Made by a program: the position numbers and the translations under genes
Assembly (NCBI GenBank): GCA_043822925.1
Contig: JBDRBF010000013.1
Span: forward strand, 1-32,569
Direction of reading: 5' to 3'
DNA length: 32,569 nucleotides
Origin: a bacterium
GTDB taxonomy: Bacteria; Babelota; Babeliae; Babelales; RVW-14
Notes under the pieces: generated by a model
What the model was told of the DNA's origin: nothing
Database searches by the model: none
Seen by the model: only the letters and a program-made list of their open reading frames with translations
In this document: positions 10,149 to 20,700 of the stretch, piece after piece
How positions within the stretch are numbered: position 1 is the first letter of the stretch
How the letters are laid out: each line of letters begins with the position of its first letter

Positions 10149-12659
10149 ATGCTCTTAACGCAGTACCTAGAACAAAACGCACAAAATTTTCCAAATAACC
10201 CTGCACTCACTATGCGTATGGGCTACAGAACCGTAACATTAACGTATGGACAAGTTTACAAACACGCACAAAAAGTCGCACTTTTTTTAGAAAAACATAA
10301 CGTAAATTTGGGAGACAAAGTTTTACTGCTCGCACCAAACTCACCATACTGGATTTGTGTTTTTTGGGGATGCCTACTGCGTGGGGCAATACTCGTACCC
10401 TTAAATATCCAAAGCACAGGCGAACTGGTTAATAGTATTATTAAACACACAAACCCAAAACTCTTTTTCTCGCACAGTTTATTCAAACACACTAACACTA
10501 TAGATATGAATACAGTACCTACATATAAAATCGAATTACTTCCAGAATTAATACAAGAATTTAAAATCTCAGATTTTAGATCTATAACATGTTCAGAAAA
10601 CGACTTAATAGAAATTTTGTACACATCAGGTACAACCGGCACACCTAAGGGCGTCATGCTTACACACAAAAATCTTGATACAAATTTACAAGATTTACGG
10701 CCACTTATACCATTTAGTGGCCCGTCAGAACGCCTACTTTCTATTTTACCGTTAAGCCACATACTCGAACAACTAGGTGGCTTCTTAGTCCCCTACTCAG
10801 TCGGCGCACATATTATTTATACCCATTCTTTTAGCGCTATACGGCCACTCTTACAACAATATAAAATCACCCGCATGTTTACCGTTCCAGAATTCTTAAA
10901 AGTTTTTATGACCAAAATAGAAGACACAGCGCAACAACAAAACAAACTCAAACTTTTGCACAAAATGCAAAAACTCTCTCTTAAGCTTGGCCAAAAATGG
11001 CTCGCACGAATACTATTCAAAAAAATACATAAACAATTTGGCGGACACCTTAAGACTTTTATTTGCGGCGGCGCACCCCTAGACCCGATACTTGAAAAAA
11101 AATGGAACGCGCTGGGCATAGAAGTCATGCAAGGCTATGGCCTGACCGAAACGTCACCCGTTATTTCAACAAATTCGTACGAGGGACACAAATTGTGCTC
11201 AGTTGGCAAAGTTATGCCAAGCGTTAGCTTACGCCTGGATACAGACGGCAATATATTAGTAAAAGGCCCATCGATATTTACTGGCTACTACAAAAACGAT
11301 GAAAAAACCCAAGAAGCGTTTACTCCAGACGGCTACTTTAAAACCGGTGATATTGGAGAACTTGATACTGATGGTTTTTTATTTTTGCGCGGCCGAAAAA
11401 CGTACATGATACTCGGGCCCGGTGGCCAAAATGTACACCCAGAAGATTTAGAACAAGAACTCAACAAGCAACCAGATATTATAGATAGCTGTGTCCTGGG
11501 GCTAGAAAAACCTGATGGAAACATGGAGATACACGCGGTACTTTTGTGCCAAAAAAATCCAGACACAAACACAATCTTATGTAACGGCCAAAAAATTATC
11601 GACAGCGCTAATTCACAACTTACGTCATACCAACAAATCGCAAGCTGGTCTCTCTGGCCAGATGACGACTTTCCACGGTCAGCAACACGCAAAGTAAAAA
11701 AGAACGAAGTTCTGACGCATATTAAACAACACAAAGAAACACTCGCACAAACTCAACAAACGCCAACATCTAACATAACACCAATCACGCGTATTTTAGC
11801 ACAATTAACCGGCAATCCAATATCACGTATAACCCCAGAAACAAAAGTAGTTCCCGAGCTTGGCCTAGATTCGTTATTGCGCATAGAATTAATCATGCGC
11901 ATAGAAGAAGAACTACGCACAACAATAGAAGAATCAAAAATCACATCGCAAACAACAGTATCAGATCTAGAAGACTTATTAAAAGAAAACAATCCAGTAC
12001 AAACATATCCCGCACTAAAAAAATGGCCACGCTGGCGCATAATTTCTATGCTGCGCATGGTCATACAAATACCTGTGTTTTTATTTCTCAAAATATTTGT
12101 AAAACTAAAAGTTACAGGCCAAGAAAACCTGCAAAACATCTCAGGACCAGTAATTTTCATGCCCAATCACATTAGTTATCTAGACCCCGCAGTCGTCACT
12201 ATGGCGCTACCATTTGCCATACGCTACAAACTAGCACAAGCCGCAGCACACGATGTTTTGTATAACTATCACAAAATACTTGTCACACTTGCTGAACTTA
12301 TTTTTAACTCATTTTCTTTCCCCCGCACCGAGCATGAAAATATTAAACAAGGGTTAGATCACATGGGACAATTAGTCGATAAAGATTATTCGATATTAAT
12401 TTTTCCTGAAGGCAAAATAAGCGAAAACCTCAAACTTTTACCCCTCAAGCGCGGAGCCGGCTTAGTCGCGATTGAAATGGGAATTCCAGTTATCCCGGTT
12501 AAAATTACCGGCGCCAACATTGTACTACCATGTGGAAAACATATTCCATGCAAACGCAGTAAAGTTACAATTATTTTTGGAAAACCATTGATTTTTAGTA
12601 AGTCAGAAACCTACATTCAAGCAACAGAAAAAATTGCAAAAGCTATGAACGAGTTGTAA
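10149..12659 (+). CDS. Long-chain acyl-CoA/AMP ligase - acyl carrier protein - PlsC-type acyltransferase fusion
   Basis: YTSGTTGTPKG, QGYGLTE and FKTGD (ANL adenylation domain); LGLDSL (phosphopantetheine Ser); PNHISYLD and FPEG (PlsC motifs). Confidence 0.92.
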   Translation: MLLTQYLEQNAQNFPNNPALTMRMGYRTVTLTYGQVYKHAQKVALFLEKHNVNLGDKVLLLAPNSPYWICVFWGCLLRGAILVPLNIQSTGELVNSIIKHTNPKLFFSHSLFKHTNTIDMNTVPTYKIELLPELIQEFKISDFRSITCSENDLIEILYTSGTTGTPKGVMLTHKNLDTNLQDLRPLIPFSGPSERLLSILPLSHILEQLGGFLVPYSVGAHIIYTHSFSAIRPLLQQYKITRMFTVPEFLKVFMTKIEDTAQQQNKLKLLHKMQKLSLKLGQKWLARILFKKIHKQFGGHLKTFICGGAPLDPILEKKWNALGIEVMQGYGLTETSPVISTNSYEGHKLCSVGKVMPSVSLRLDTDGNILVKGPSIFTGYYKNDEKTQEAFTPDGYFKTGDIGELDTDGFLFLRGRKTYMILGPGGQNVHPEDLEQELNKQPDIIDSCVLGLEKPDGNMEIHAVLLCQKNPDTNTILCNGQKIIDSANSQLTSYQQIASWSLWPDDDFPRSATRKVKKNEVLTHIKQHKETLAQTQQTPTSNITPITRILAQLTGNPISRITPETKVVPELGLDSLLRIELIMRIEEELRTTIEESKITSQTTVSDLEDLLKENNPVQTYPALKKWPRWRIISMLRMVIQIPVFLFLKIFVKLKVTGQENLQNISGPVIFMPNHISYLDPAVVTMALPFAIRYKLAQAAAHDVLYNYHKILVTLAELIFNSFSFPRTEHENIKQGLDHMGQLVDKDYSILIFPEGKISENLKLLPLKRGAGLVAIEMGIPVIPVKITGANIVLPCGKHIPCKRSKVTIIFGKPLIFSKSETYIQATEKIAKAMNEL

Positions 12660-12727
12660 CCTAAATTTATGCATGAAAAATAATACACGAGTAGTAAGTT
12701 GGTCATGTTACCAGAGGAGAAACTGCT

Positions 12728-13708
12728 ATGTTCAAGGCAAATCGCTCTCTTGGAAAAATTGCACTTCTGTTACTTGTTGGAGGTATTTTTATAACATCGC
12801 ACGGTTATGGGATGAAACAAGAAATAAACAATCCAGAAGAAATCGAACAAGAAACAACTACAAATGACGGGCAAACAAAATATAAATTTGAAGACTGGAC
12901 TGACAAAGATGCTAATCTTCTAAAAAGTAAATTTGAATACAGAGAATTAATGAAATACATATACCATCACCTAGATGAAGATTTTCCAAATCAGGATACA
13001 ACCGAATGGTGTAAACAACAGGCAAATAAAACCAATTTCATAGGCCTCTATTTTAAATCAAGAATCTTCTATAACGAACTAGGAAAAAAACACCCTTTCA
13101 CACCTATTGAATTCAAAAAAGAAGCTATATCTATCATTAATTCGCTAGCACAAACAGCTCTAAACACCGGCATTTATCTACGCGTAAACAATTCCAATTC
13201 AGATAACATAGATAGAATTCTCAAACAAGAGACCAACGCCTATAATATAATTCGATTAAAATTTCAATACTGGTTTAAATCTCACTTAGAAAAGCTTGAA
13301 AAGAAAGCACCATTTGAATCTTGCCTAAAAGAATGCAAAAAAAATTCATTCGCCTGGGCAGAAAAATTAACTCACGACTCCCTTATTCCATTTATCTGGG
13401 TTCCCTATATCAAATTTAAAACAAGCATAACATGGGGAATAACATTTGAAAAAATTATCCCAAAAGAAGAAATTGACAGAGTCAGAAACAAAGCCACTAA
13501 GAAATTAGCCATAAAAAATGCGCTAGAGTTACTAATTCTTATTTTCGAGAAATATGAAAAATGTAAAAATTGGTCTGAATTCTTCGAGTTACACCTTTTC
13601 GATGAAACAATAAAGACCATCTACCAAGAAATCTCAGCAGAACCCTATGATGAAGCAATAAGTAGAGAAGTTATAAAAAAAGAACTAATAAAATTAAACG
13701 AAAAATAA
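12728..13708 (+). CDS. Secreted hypothetical protein
   Basis: GAGGAG SD; signal peptide ends GYG|M; no recognisable domain. Confidence 0.8.
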   Translation: MFKANRSLGKIALLLLVGGIFITSHGYGMKQEINNPEEIEQETTTNDGQTKYKFEDWTDKDANLLKSKFEYRELMKYIYHHLDEDFPNQDTTEWCKQQANKTNFIGLYFKSRIFYNELGKKHPFTPIEFKKEAISIINSLAQTALNTGIYLRVNNSNSDNIDRILKQETNAYNIIRLKFQYWFKSHLEKLEKKAPFESCLKECKKNSFAWAEKLTHDSLIPFIWVPYIKFKTSITWGITFEKIIPKEEIDRVRNKATKKLAIKNALELLILIFEKYEKCKNWSEFFELHLFDETIKTIYQEISAEPYDEAISREVIKKELIKLNEK

Positions 13709-13749
13709 TAATAAGATTCTAAACAACTTAAACCACACTCACTCAACAC

Positions 13750-13780
13750 ACCAGCCCACGACACAAAATCGTGGGCTGGT
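13750..13780. terminator. Perfect 12-bp hairpin between convergent genes (terminator or REP-like)
   Basis: accagcccacga-cacaaaa-tcgtgggctggt. Confidence 0.65.
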
Positions 13781-13801
13781 TCACTTTTAACCAATAATTG
13801 T

Positions 13802-14902
13802 TCAATCTATAAATGGGTTAAACGGCAAGATACATAATGGGGGCAGGCCACAGAATGAGAGAGTCGTTTTATTTTCAACGCCAGAATCCCCATCGCCGGG
13901 GCTTTCTCCTCCAGAAACATTGTCGCCTAAACTTTCGTCATCCCCGTTAAACTCACTTACCCGATGCAAGCCCCTCTCTTTTTCTTGTGGCTCTTCAAAA
14001 TCTTCCAACACACCCGTATTTTATTCATACTCCTCAAATTTACAGTTTTCCCACATTTTTTTATGCCGTTCTTTTATCTGTCCAACAACTTCTCGTCCCT
14101 TCCTACGCACCATAAGCCTACACAGATCAAGAGGACATTTTTTCGTCTTATCGTTAACAAAAAAAGGATCCCCCAAGTAATCTAGATACTCATCATAAAC
14201 TCTAAGACGGTTATTCAAAAGCTCAAGAACATGCTCAATATCTATATAATAAGAAGATTTTTCATCAAAAACCTCTGGGCTCGCTGCAAAAAGATTCCCC
14301 GATTCTTTTTTTAAACAATAATCCAAAAAACATATTATAAATGGCGTAAAACCAGAGAACCAACAATAAAAGTCCTGATCCCTCTTTTTTTCTTTGTCTT
14401 TATGAAAAAACAAATTTTCTGATAATTTAAATTTTCCGATCAATTCACCGACTATCATCATTAATTCATACCCGGCCCCTAAAAAACAGCTTCCAATATC
14501 TTTAAAATTAAGATTATCAGATTTAGGCAAACTCCAAAAAAACTCATTCTTCACCTGCTCGAATTCATGAATATAACGATCGTCACCAATAATTTTAAAA
14601 CCATATTTGAGCAACGAAATAACCGTTACAATCTCATTCAAACAAAAAAGCCCTAGATCCTTACGCTTTTCTTTAGGTGACAAAAGACGACTGCCTCCCA
14701 AAGGCCAGCTTTTACCTGTATTCAAAACTAAATCTCGCTGAATCACCCCGTCTTGCTCGATTATTCTCTCTAGGTTTTGGTTGAGATCGTCTCGCTTAAT
14801 GCCAGCATTTATTGTGAGCTTCTTAGCGCCGTAAGAAGACTGAACAGGAACAAAAACAAACACTATTAACAAGATCAAAAAAAAACGTACTGTAGGGATC
14901 AT
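13802..14902 (-). pseudogene. Secreted hypothetical protein (paralog of 14908-15816) interrupted by an in-frame TAA at 14021-14023
   Basis: ORF 14902->14021 continues in the same frame after TAA (NTGVLEDFEEPQEKERGLHRV...). This matches the paralog's tail EEPEVVGHVLHRV. May still make a functional truncated protein. Confidence 0.7.
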
Positions 14903-14907
14903 AAAAA

Positions 14908-15816
14908 TCACCCCATTAAAAAATCATCATCGCCTGTATTCGCCTCTTCTAAATCCGCCTCACCTAAATCTAACGCATTTACCCGATGCAAGACATGCCC
15001 GACTACTTCTGGCTCTTCTTCATCAACTTCTTCAAACGCCAGCTCACAAACTTTTTTATGTCTCAATTTTATTTGCTCAATAACCTGTTTACCATCTTCA
15101 AATACCCTTTCAATTGGAACAGAACGAGAGAGCAAACTATTATTACGCTGATGGAACACTGACTCACTACACAACCTACAATACAATTGCACGTGCTCCT
15201 CAAAAATCTGAATAATTTCCTTTATATCAATATAATCTGGGTCTTCTTCATCAAAAACTTTAGGCCTATCATGAAAAAAAGCCCCTGAAACAGCGTTAAA
15301 ACAAAACTCCAAAAAATATATAATAAATGGGACATACCCGCTTATCCAACAATAAAATTCATTAATCGTTACCATTTTTTCTGGCTTTTGACAAAGCACT
15401 TTTTCAGTCAATTTTAAATTATGCACTAGCTCTAAAACAAGCCCCCTTAACGCTTCTTCAACGTCCAGAAACGGACAAAAAGACTGCATAACATCCAATT
15501 TTAAAATTTCTGACAAATGCTTTACTCGAACGCAAGAAGGATCACTATTAAAAACCTGCCAGCCATAATCTAACAACAAAAGCACACTATTAATTTCATG
15601 TTGCAACTCGATTATATCGTTTTGTGATAATTTTTTTGGAGCTTTTTTTATTTCCAATAAAGAAGACTGTTTGCTAAAACCTAAATCTTTAATAACAGGC
15701 GGCCTAACGGGTGTTTTCCCAAATGGAATCTCGATTTTTTTAATCCCATAAGAACATGGATACAACATGATAAGGCTCATAAAAAAAATCAAGAAAGCAC
15801 GCCCCCGAACCTTCAT
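14908..15816 (-). CDS. Secreted hypothetical protein, tandem paralog of the adjacent gene
   Basis: Start MKVRG with GGGGAG SD; signal ends SYG. Shares FYCWxSGxxPFII, VFDExxxxYIDI and QIKxRHKK with the adjacent gene. Confidence 0.8.
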   Translation of the reverse strand: MKVRGRAFLIFFMSLIMLYPCSYGIKKIEIPFGKTPVRPPVIKDLGFSKQSSLLEIKKAPKKLSQNDIIELQHEINSVLLLLDYGWQVFNSDPSCVRVKHLSEILKLDVMQSFCPFLDVEEALRGLVLELVHNLKLTEKVLCQKPEKMVTINEFYCWISGYVPFIIYFLEFCFNAVSGAFFHDRPKVFDEEDPDYIDIKEIIQIFEEHVQLYCRLCSESVFHQRNNSLLSRSVPIERVFEDGKQVIEQIKLRHKKVCELAFEEVDEEEPEVVGHVLHRVNALDLGEADLEEANTGDDDFLMG

Positions 15817-15921
15817 ACTCGTTCTCCCCAAACAAACCTATTAGAAATAATAGAGATATTTGATTACAGGTATACAGAAGGGGGAATAAAAAAATCAAGT
15901 ATTTATGTGGGATGGGATTAA

Positions 15922-16037
15922 AGCATGGGGTTTTAACCCCGTGCTAAATCAAGCATCAGGCGATTACGTCTGAGAAGCAGATAACCGGGGTTCATCTGTC
16001 TTTAGCTATAGGCTTCTGACAAGACAAGAACCCCGGT
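15922..16037. repeat. REP-like cluster downstream of asnS (A + B palindromes plus hairpin with nested insertion)
   Basis: agcatggggttttaaccccgtgct; tcaggcgattacgtctga; accggggttca[...]caagaaccccggt. Confidence 0.75.
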
Positions 16038-16065
16038 CTAATATCCGTATATATTAATTTATATA

Positions 16066-17466
16066 TTAAAAATCGATATGTTTTGGATAACGAGGGAACG
16101 GAATAACGTCACGTATATTTTCCATGCCAGTCACAAACAAAACAAGACGTTCAAAACCAAGACCAAAACCAGCATGTGGCACTGAACCAAACTTACGCAA
16201 TTCAAGATACCACCAATAATCTTCTTTATTTAAACCAAGTTCGTCCATACGGTGCACAATGGCATCGTAGCGTGCTTCACGTTGACTGCCACCAATCAGT
16301 TCGCCAACGCCCGGCACCAACAGGTCCATGGCTGCAACTGTTTTATTATCGCTATTTAGGTGCATATAAAACGATTTAATTTCTTTTGGATAGTCTGTGA
16401 CAAACACCGGCTTCTTACAATACTCTTCTGCAAGATAGCGCTCATGCTCTGTTTGTAAGTCACAACCCCACGTTACGGGGTACTCAAACTTTTTGCCGCA
16501 TTTTTGCAAAATCTCGATTGCTTGAGTATACGGAATATGAGCAAAATCAGCATTGGCTATCGCCGTGATTTTTTCGAGTATTCCTGGAGAAATAAACTTG
16601 TCAAAAAAAACCATGTCTTCATGACATATTTCCAAAAGATACTTAAGACAATACTTGAGATAATTTTCAGCACATGCCCGGTTATCAGCCAGTTCAGCAA
16701 ACGCCATTTCAGGTTCAATCATCCAAAATTCAGCCAAGTGACGAGACGTATTTGAATTTTCAGCTCTAAACGTTGGCCCGAACGTGTATATATCTGAAAG
16801 TGCGCACGCGTATACTTCGCCATTTAATTGCCCGGAAACAGTTAAATAAGCACTTTGGCCAAAAAAGTCTTGTGAACTATCTACTTTACCTGCAGCATTT
16901 TTAGGAAGTTTTTCTAAATCAAGCGTCGTTACCCGAAACATTTCGCCCGCACCTTCACAGTCAGACCGAGTAAGTATGGGAGTATTTACATACAAGAAAC
17001 CATTTTCTTGAAAAAATTTATGTGTCGCATACGCAAGCGCATTACGTACTCTTGCTACAGCACCAAACGTATTTGTTCTTGGGCGCAGATGTGAGATCGT
17101 ACGTAAAAATTCAAACGTATGTTGCTTTTTTTGCAATAAATATGTGTCAGATGGGCAATCACCAATAATCGTTATCTTCTCAGCTTTAAGTTCAAACGCT
17201 TGTTCTTTGCCCGGACTTTTAACAACTGTACCAGCAATAGAAACTGAAGCACCAGTCGCTAATTTCTCTAAAATCTGGGAATAATCAGGAATACCTGCAT
17301 CAGCAATTACTTGCAAGCCAGCAAGCGTGGACCCATCGTTAATAACAATAAACAAAAAAGCTTTTTGGTCACGCACACTGCGCACCCATCCCTTAATACA
17401 AACCTGAGTACCAATATGAGACAAGTTTATAGATTTAATTTTCGTACGCATAATATTTTCAGACAT
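16066..17466 (-). CDS. asnS: Asparagine--tRNA ligase
   Basis: GWVRSVR OB-fold, [59 protein letters not shown]. Start at MSENIM with GCGGGAG SD. Confidence 0.97.
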   Translation of the reverse strand: MSENIMRTKIKSINLSHIGTQVCIKGWVRSVRDQKAFLFIVINDGSTLAGLQVIADAGIPDYSQILEKLATGASVSIAGTVVKSPGKEQAFELKAEKITIIGDCPSDTYLLQKKQHTFEFLRTISHLRPRTNTFGAVARVRNALAYATHKFFQENGFLYVNTPILTRSDCEGAGEMFRVTTLDLEKLPKNAAGKVDSSQDFFGQSAYLTVSGQLNGEVYACALSDIYTFGPTFRAENSNTSRHLAEFWMIEPEMAFAELADNRACAENYLKYCLKYLLEICHEDMVFFDKFISPGILEKITAIANADFAHIPYTQAIEILQKCGKKFEYPVTWGCDLQTEHERYLAEEYCKKPVFVTDYPKEIKSFYMHLNSDNKTVAAMDLLVPGVGELIGGSQREARYDAIVHRMDELGLNKEDYWWYLELRKFGSVPHAGFGLGFERLVLFVTGMENIRDVIPFPRYPKHIDF

Positions 17467-17607
17467 TTTTACTCCCGCTTCGTGAGTGTCTCTATTTCGC
17501 ACAAACTTTACACAAAATGTTACATATACGTGAGCATCTCACATGCTTATTTACCTGTATTTCACGCACAACATACTCTGTATTGTACACGGATTTAATA
17601 GACATAC

Positions 17608-17720
17608 AAAAAAAAGAGAGAACATTTTTTAGATGCTCTCTCCAAACTCCGGGGCGGGAGTCAAAAAGTTGCTTACTTTCGATGAGGTTCGCACATCATC
17701 TTAAAATTTGCAAGCACTTT
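17608..17720 (-). ncRNA. Candidate structured RNA (two hairpins plus intrinsic terminator) between the giant gene and asnS
   Basis: All three stems contain G-U pairs valid only on the minus strand; ends in AGAGAGCAU/AUGUUCUCU plus a U-run. Could simply be the 3' UTR of the upstream gene. Confidence 0.5.
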
Positions 17721-17797
17721 GCAAAGATCTAATGGGATTTTTATAAAAAATTAGTAAACTTACTGGTATTTGTCTGTTTTATTACCCAAACTTATAT

Positions 17798-20700
17798 TTA
17801 AACCACTTGAGCCTTTTGCCGTGCAGCAACATCATCAGCAAGATAAACTTCTTTATGCGCCGCTTCAACCATCCCTGCAAGAACATTTGCCTTAAACTCT
17901 TGAGATACCAACGTTGTTTTACCAATCTTGCTTAACAAGTTTTCAAGTTTAGCCAGTTCAAACTTCTTATCACGGGGACGCAACGGGAACATTTCTTTTA
18001 TCGTCTTTTCAATTTTACGTTGCCCGGTCGCAAGCGTAGTCTCTCGAGGACGATTTACAATATTTTGAAGCTCTTCAAACTTCGTATAATAAGCAGAACG
18101 TAATTTTTTCTGAAGCGCCGGAGCCATTTTTTGAGCAACAAACGCTATTTGCTCTTTTGTCAGAACATCTGCTTTCTGAACTTGATCAAGCAATTTCTTA
18201 AGAGCATTCAGCGCTGGCACATCAGTAGCTCCTACCGTAGCACTTAGTTTTTGTAACACTTTGGCTATCTCGTTTTGTTGTGCTACGCCAAATTTACTCG
18301 TAGCCCCTTGTTCTATTATTTGTTTTATTGCAGCTATTTGCTGCACCAACGATTTACCCACTATTGCCTGATTGATAACGTGCACTGTTGGCGCTGGAGC
18401 TATTGTCTTTAAGATTTGCGCAAAATATGTTTTTTGTTCTGGCGAGATACTATTATTATCTGCACTAACAGCACTGGCAAGCATCTCTATTGCTTCTTGT
18501 TTTTCTTGATCTGTAAGACTACCTATATTATTTATAACTTCTTGCATCGCTTGCGCTATTGCATTTTGCGTTGCAGCATCTGGCTTTGTAAATTGCCCAT
18601 CACGCACTATGTGCTTAAGCGCTCCTGCTTGCTGAGCTACCGTTTTATTCGCAATAACTTGTGCAACAGATGCTACGGTCGCTGGCACCGTTACTGATGC
18701 TATTGTTTGCTTAAACGATGCTTTTTGCGCAGGCGATAAACTTGTATTTTTGTCTTGTACCGCTTCTATTAATAATTGACGCGCTGTTTCCTGTTCTTGT
18801 GGCGATAACTGAGTCCAGTTAGTGACGATATTTTGTAACGTCTGCGCAACAACAACTTGTGCTTTTGCATCTAACTTACTTGCTTTACCTGCTCCCACTA
18901 TTTTTTGTAACGCAACTACTTGCTGTGCTGGTGTTTTACCCGCGACAGCTTTCGTCACTTTTTGTGCTGTTGGCGCAACGACTTTAGTTACTTTTGTTTT
19001 TGCTTTTGCTCCTGGCGCTGGAGCTATTGTCTTTAAGATTTGCGCAAAATATGTTTTTTGTTCTGGCGAGATACTATTATTATCTGCAGCTACAGAATTA
19101 CTAATAACCTGCAACGCTTGCTGCTTTTCAACTTCTGTAAGATTAGACCAATTATTAACAATATTTTGAATAGCTATTGCTACTGCATCTTGAGCATTAG
19201 CATCAAGCTTTGTTCCAACACTATTACCAACAATTTGCTGCAATGCAATAACCTGCTGCCCGGGTGTTTTACCCTGAACAGCACTTATTACACGCTCTTT
19301 CGTTGGAACAGGAGCAACTGTTTGCAGCAAATTTTTAAAATATTGTTTTTGCTCTGAAGTTAAAATATTACTTGGCGCACTTAATGCATTACGTACCGTA
19401 TCAAAAATATCTTGTCTTTCAAGCAACGTTACTTTATCAAGATTTTTAAGCATCGCATCAAGTACTGATGCTACAGCATTTTTAGCCGCAGCATCAGGCT
19501 TTGTTATTTTTGAATTCGCAACAATCTGATCTATTGCATCTGCTTGCTGACTAATCGTCTGATTTTGTGTCGCCTGAGTTACTATTTCAGCTGTTGGCGT
19601 TTTAACCAACGTTGGTGCAACTTGAGTTGCAATATATACTTGCTGAGCCGGCGCAAGTGCAGAACTTACAGCAGCAGCATCAAGCATTTGTTGGTACCGT
19701 AAAAGTGTTGGCGCATTCATTTCTAACAAACGAGAACCTACTTGTTGTATCGCCTGTGCATACGCATTTTGCGTAGCAGTATCAATAGTTCCAACACCCA
19801 TACCAGCACTTTGCATAAGAGCTTCAAGAACATCGATTTGTTTAAGCACTGGCAACTGAGTAATAACCTGAATCATCGCTGGCGTAGGAACTGAACCAAG
19901 CGATGGCAACAACGTCCCAAGCACATACCCCTTTTGCTCAAGATCAAGCAATTTACCAAGCACTGCCTGATTAAGAAGTGTACCCAAACCAGCAAACGCT
20001 GCTGGATCTATATCACCAGAAACATCAACCATATTTTCAAGCGCTTTAGTTAAAGACTCACTGGTTACAGTACCAAGTGGCATATCTTTACCAACGGTAA
20101 CAACCTCTTGAAGCGCTGCTATTTTTGCCGCTGAACTAGACTGAGCCATTGCCTGCTCAATTTTTGCACCAGTACCAACAAGTTGTTCACGTTCACGTTG
20201 CAACGCGGGGATTAAATTATTCTTCAAATAAGCAATTTGTCCGGCTGAAAGCGTATTACTATTTGCTGAACTAATAAGCAAATTAATCAAAGCATCGAGC
20301 AACTCAATTTTTTGAACAACCGACAAAGTAACCTGAGTCACAACAATTTTTTGCTGCTGAGCACGTGTCGCTTTATTTTGTGCTAATTTTTTTGTAAGTT
20401 TTTTAGTTACTTTAGCTTTTTTCGCTTTTGCAGGAACCTTTACAGGCTGCACCTGTTGTGCTTGTTGCACTTGAGACATTACATAACGATCGTTATATAA
20501 TGTTTGTAACGCTTGAGCATATATATTTTGTATCCGACTAGAAAATACTTTATCTCCAACAGACTGCAATAACGCAAAAATCGCTTTTATTTTTTGCAAC
20601 GTCGTTAACTGAGCCATTGCAGCTGCAAGCGCAGATTCAAAAGCACGTTCATCTTGAGTTGAAGCTGCAACGCCTAATTGTCCAAGTCCAGTAAGTTGCG

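Noticed and set aside
13802-14011. Independent 69-aa gene
   Set aside because: In frame with the upstream gene, homologous to the paralog's C-terminus, and without a clear RBS.
17608-17720. Canonical T-box leader, tmRNA or SRP RNA
   Set aside because: No GGUGGNACC antiterminator, no tRNA-like CCA end and no SRP domain IV motif. Kept only as an unclassified structured RNA.
18389-19088. Diversity-generating retroelement TR/VR pair
   Set aside because: The copies are identical (no adenine-specific mismatches), both lie within one CDS, and no reverse transcriptase is present.
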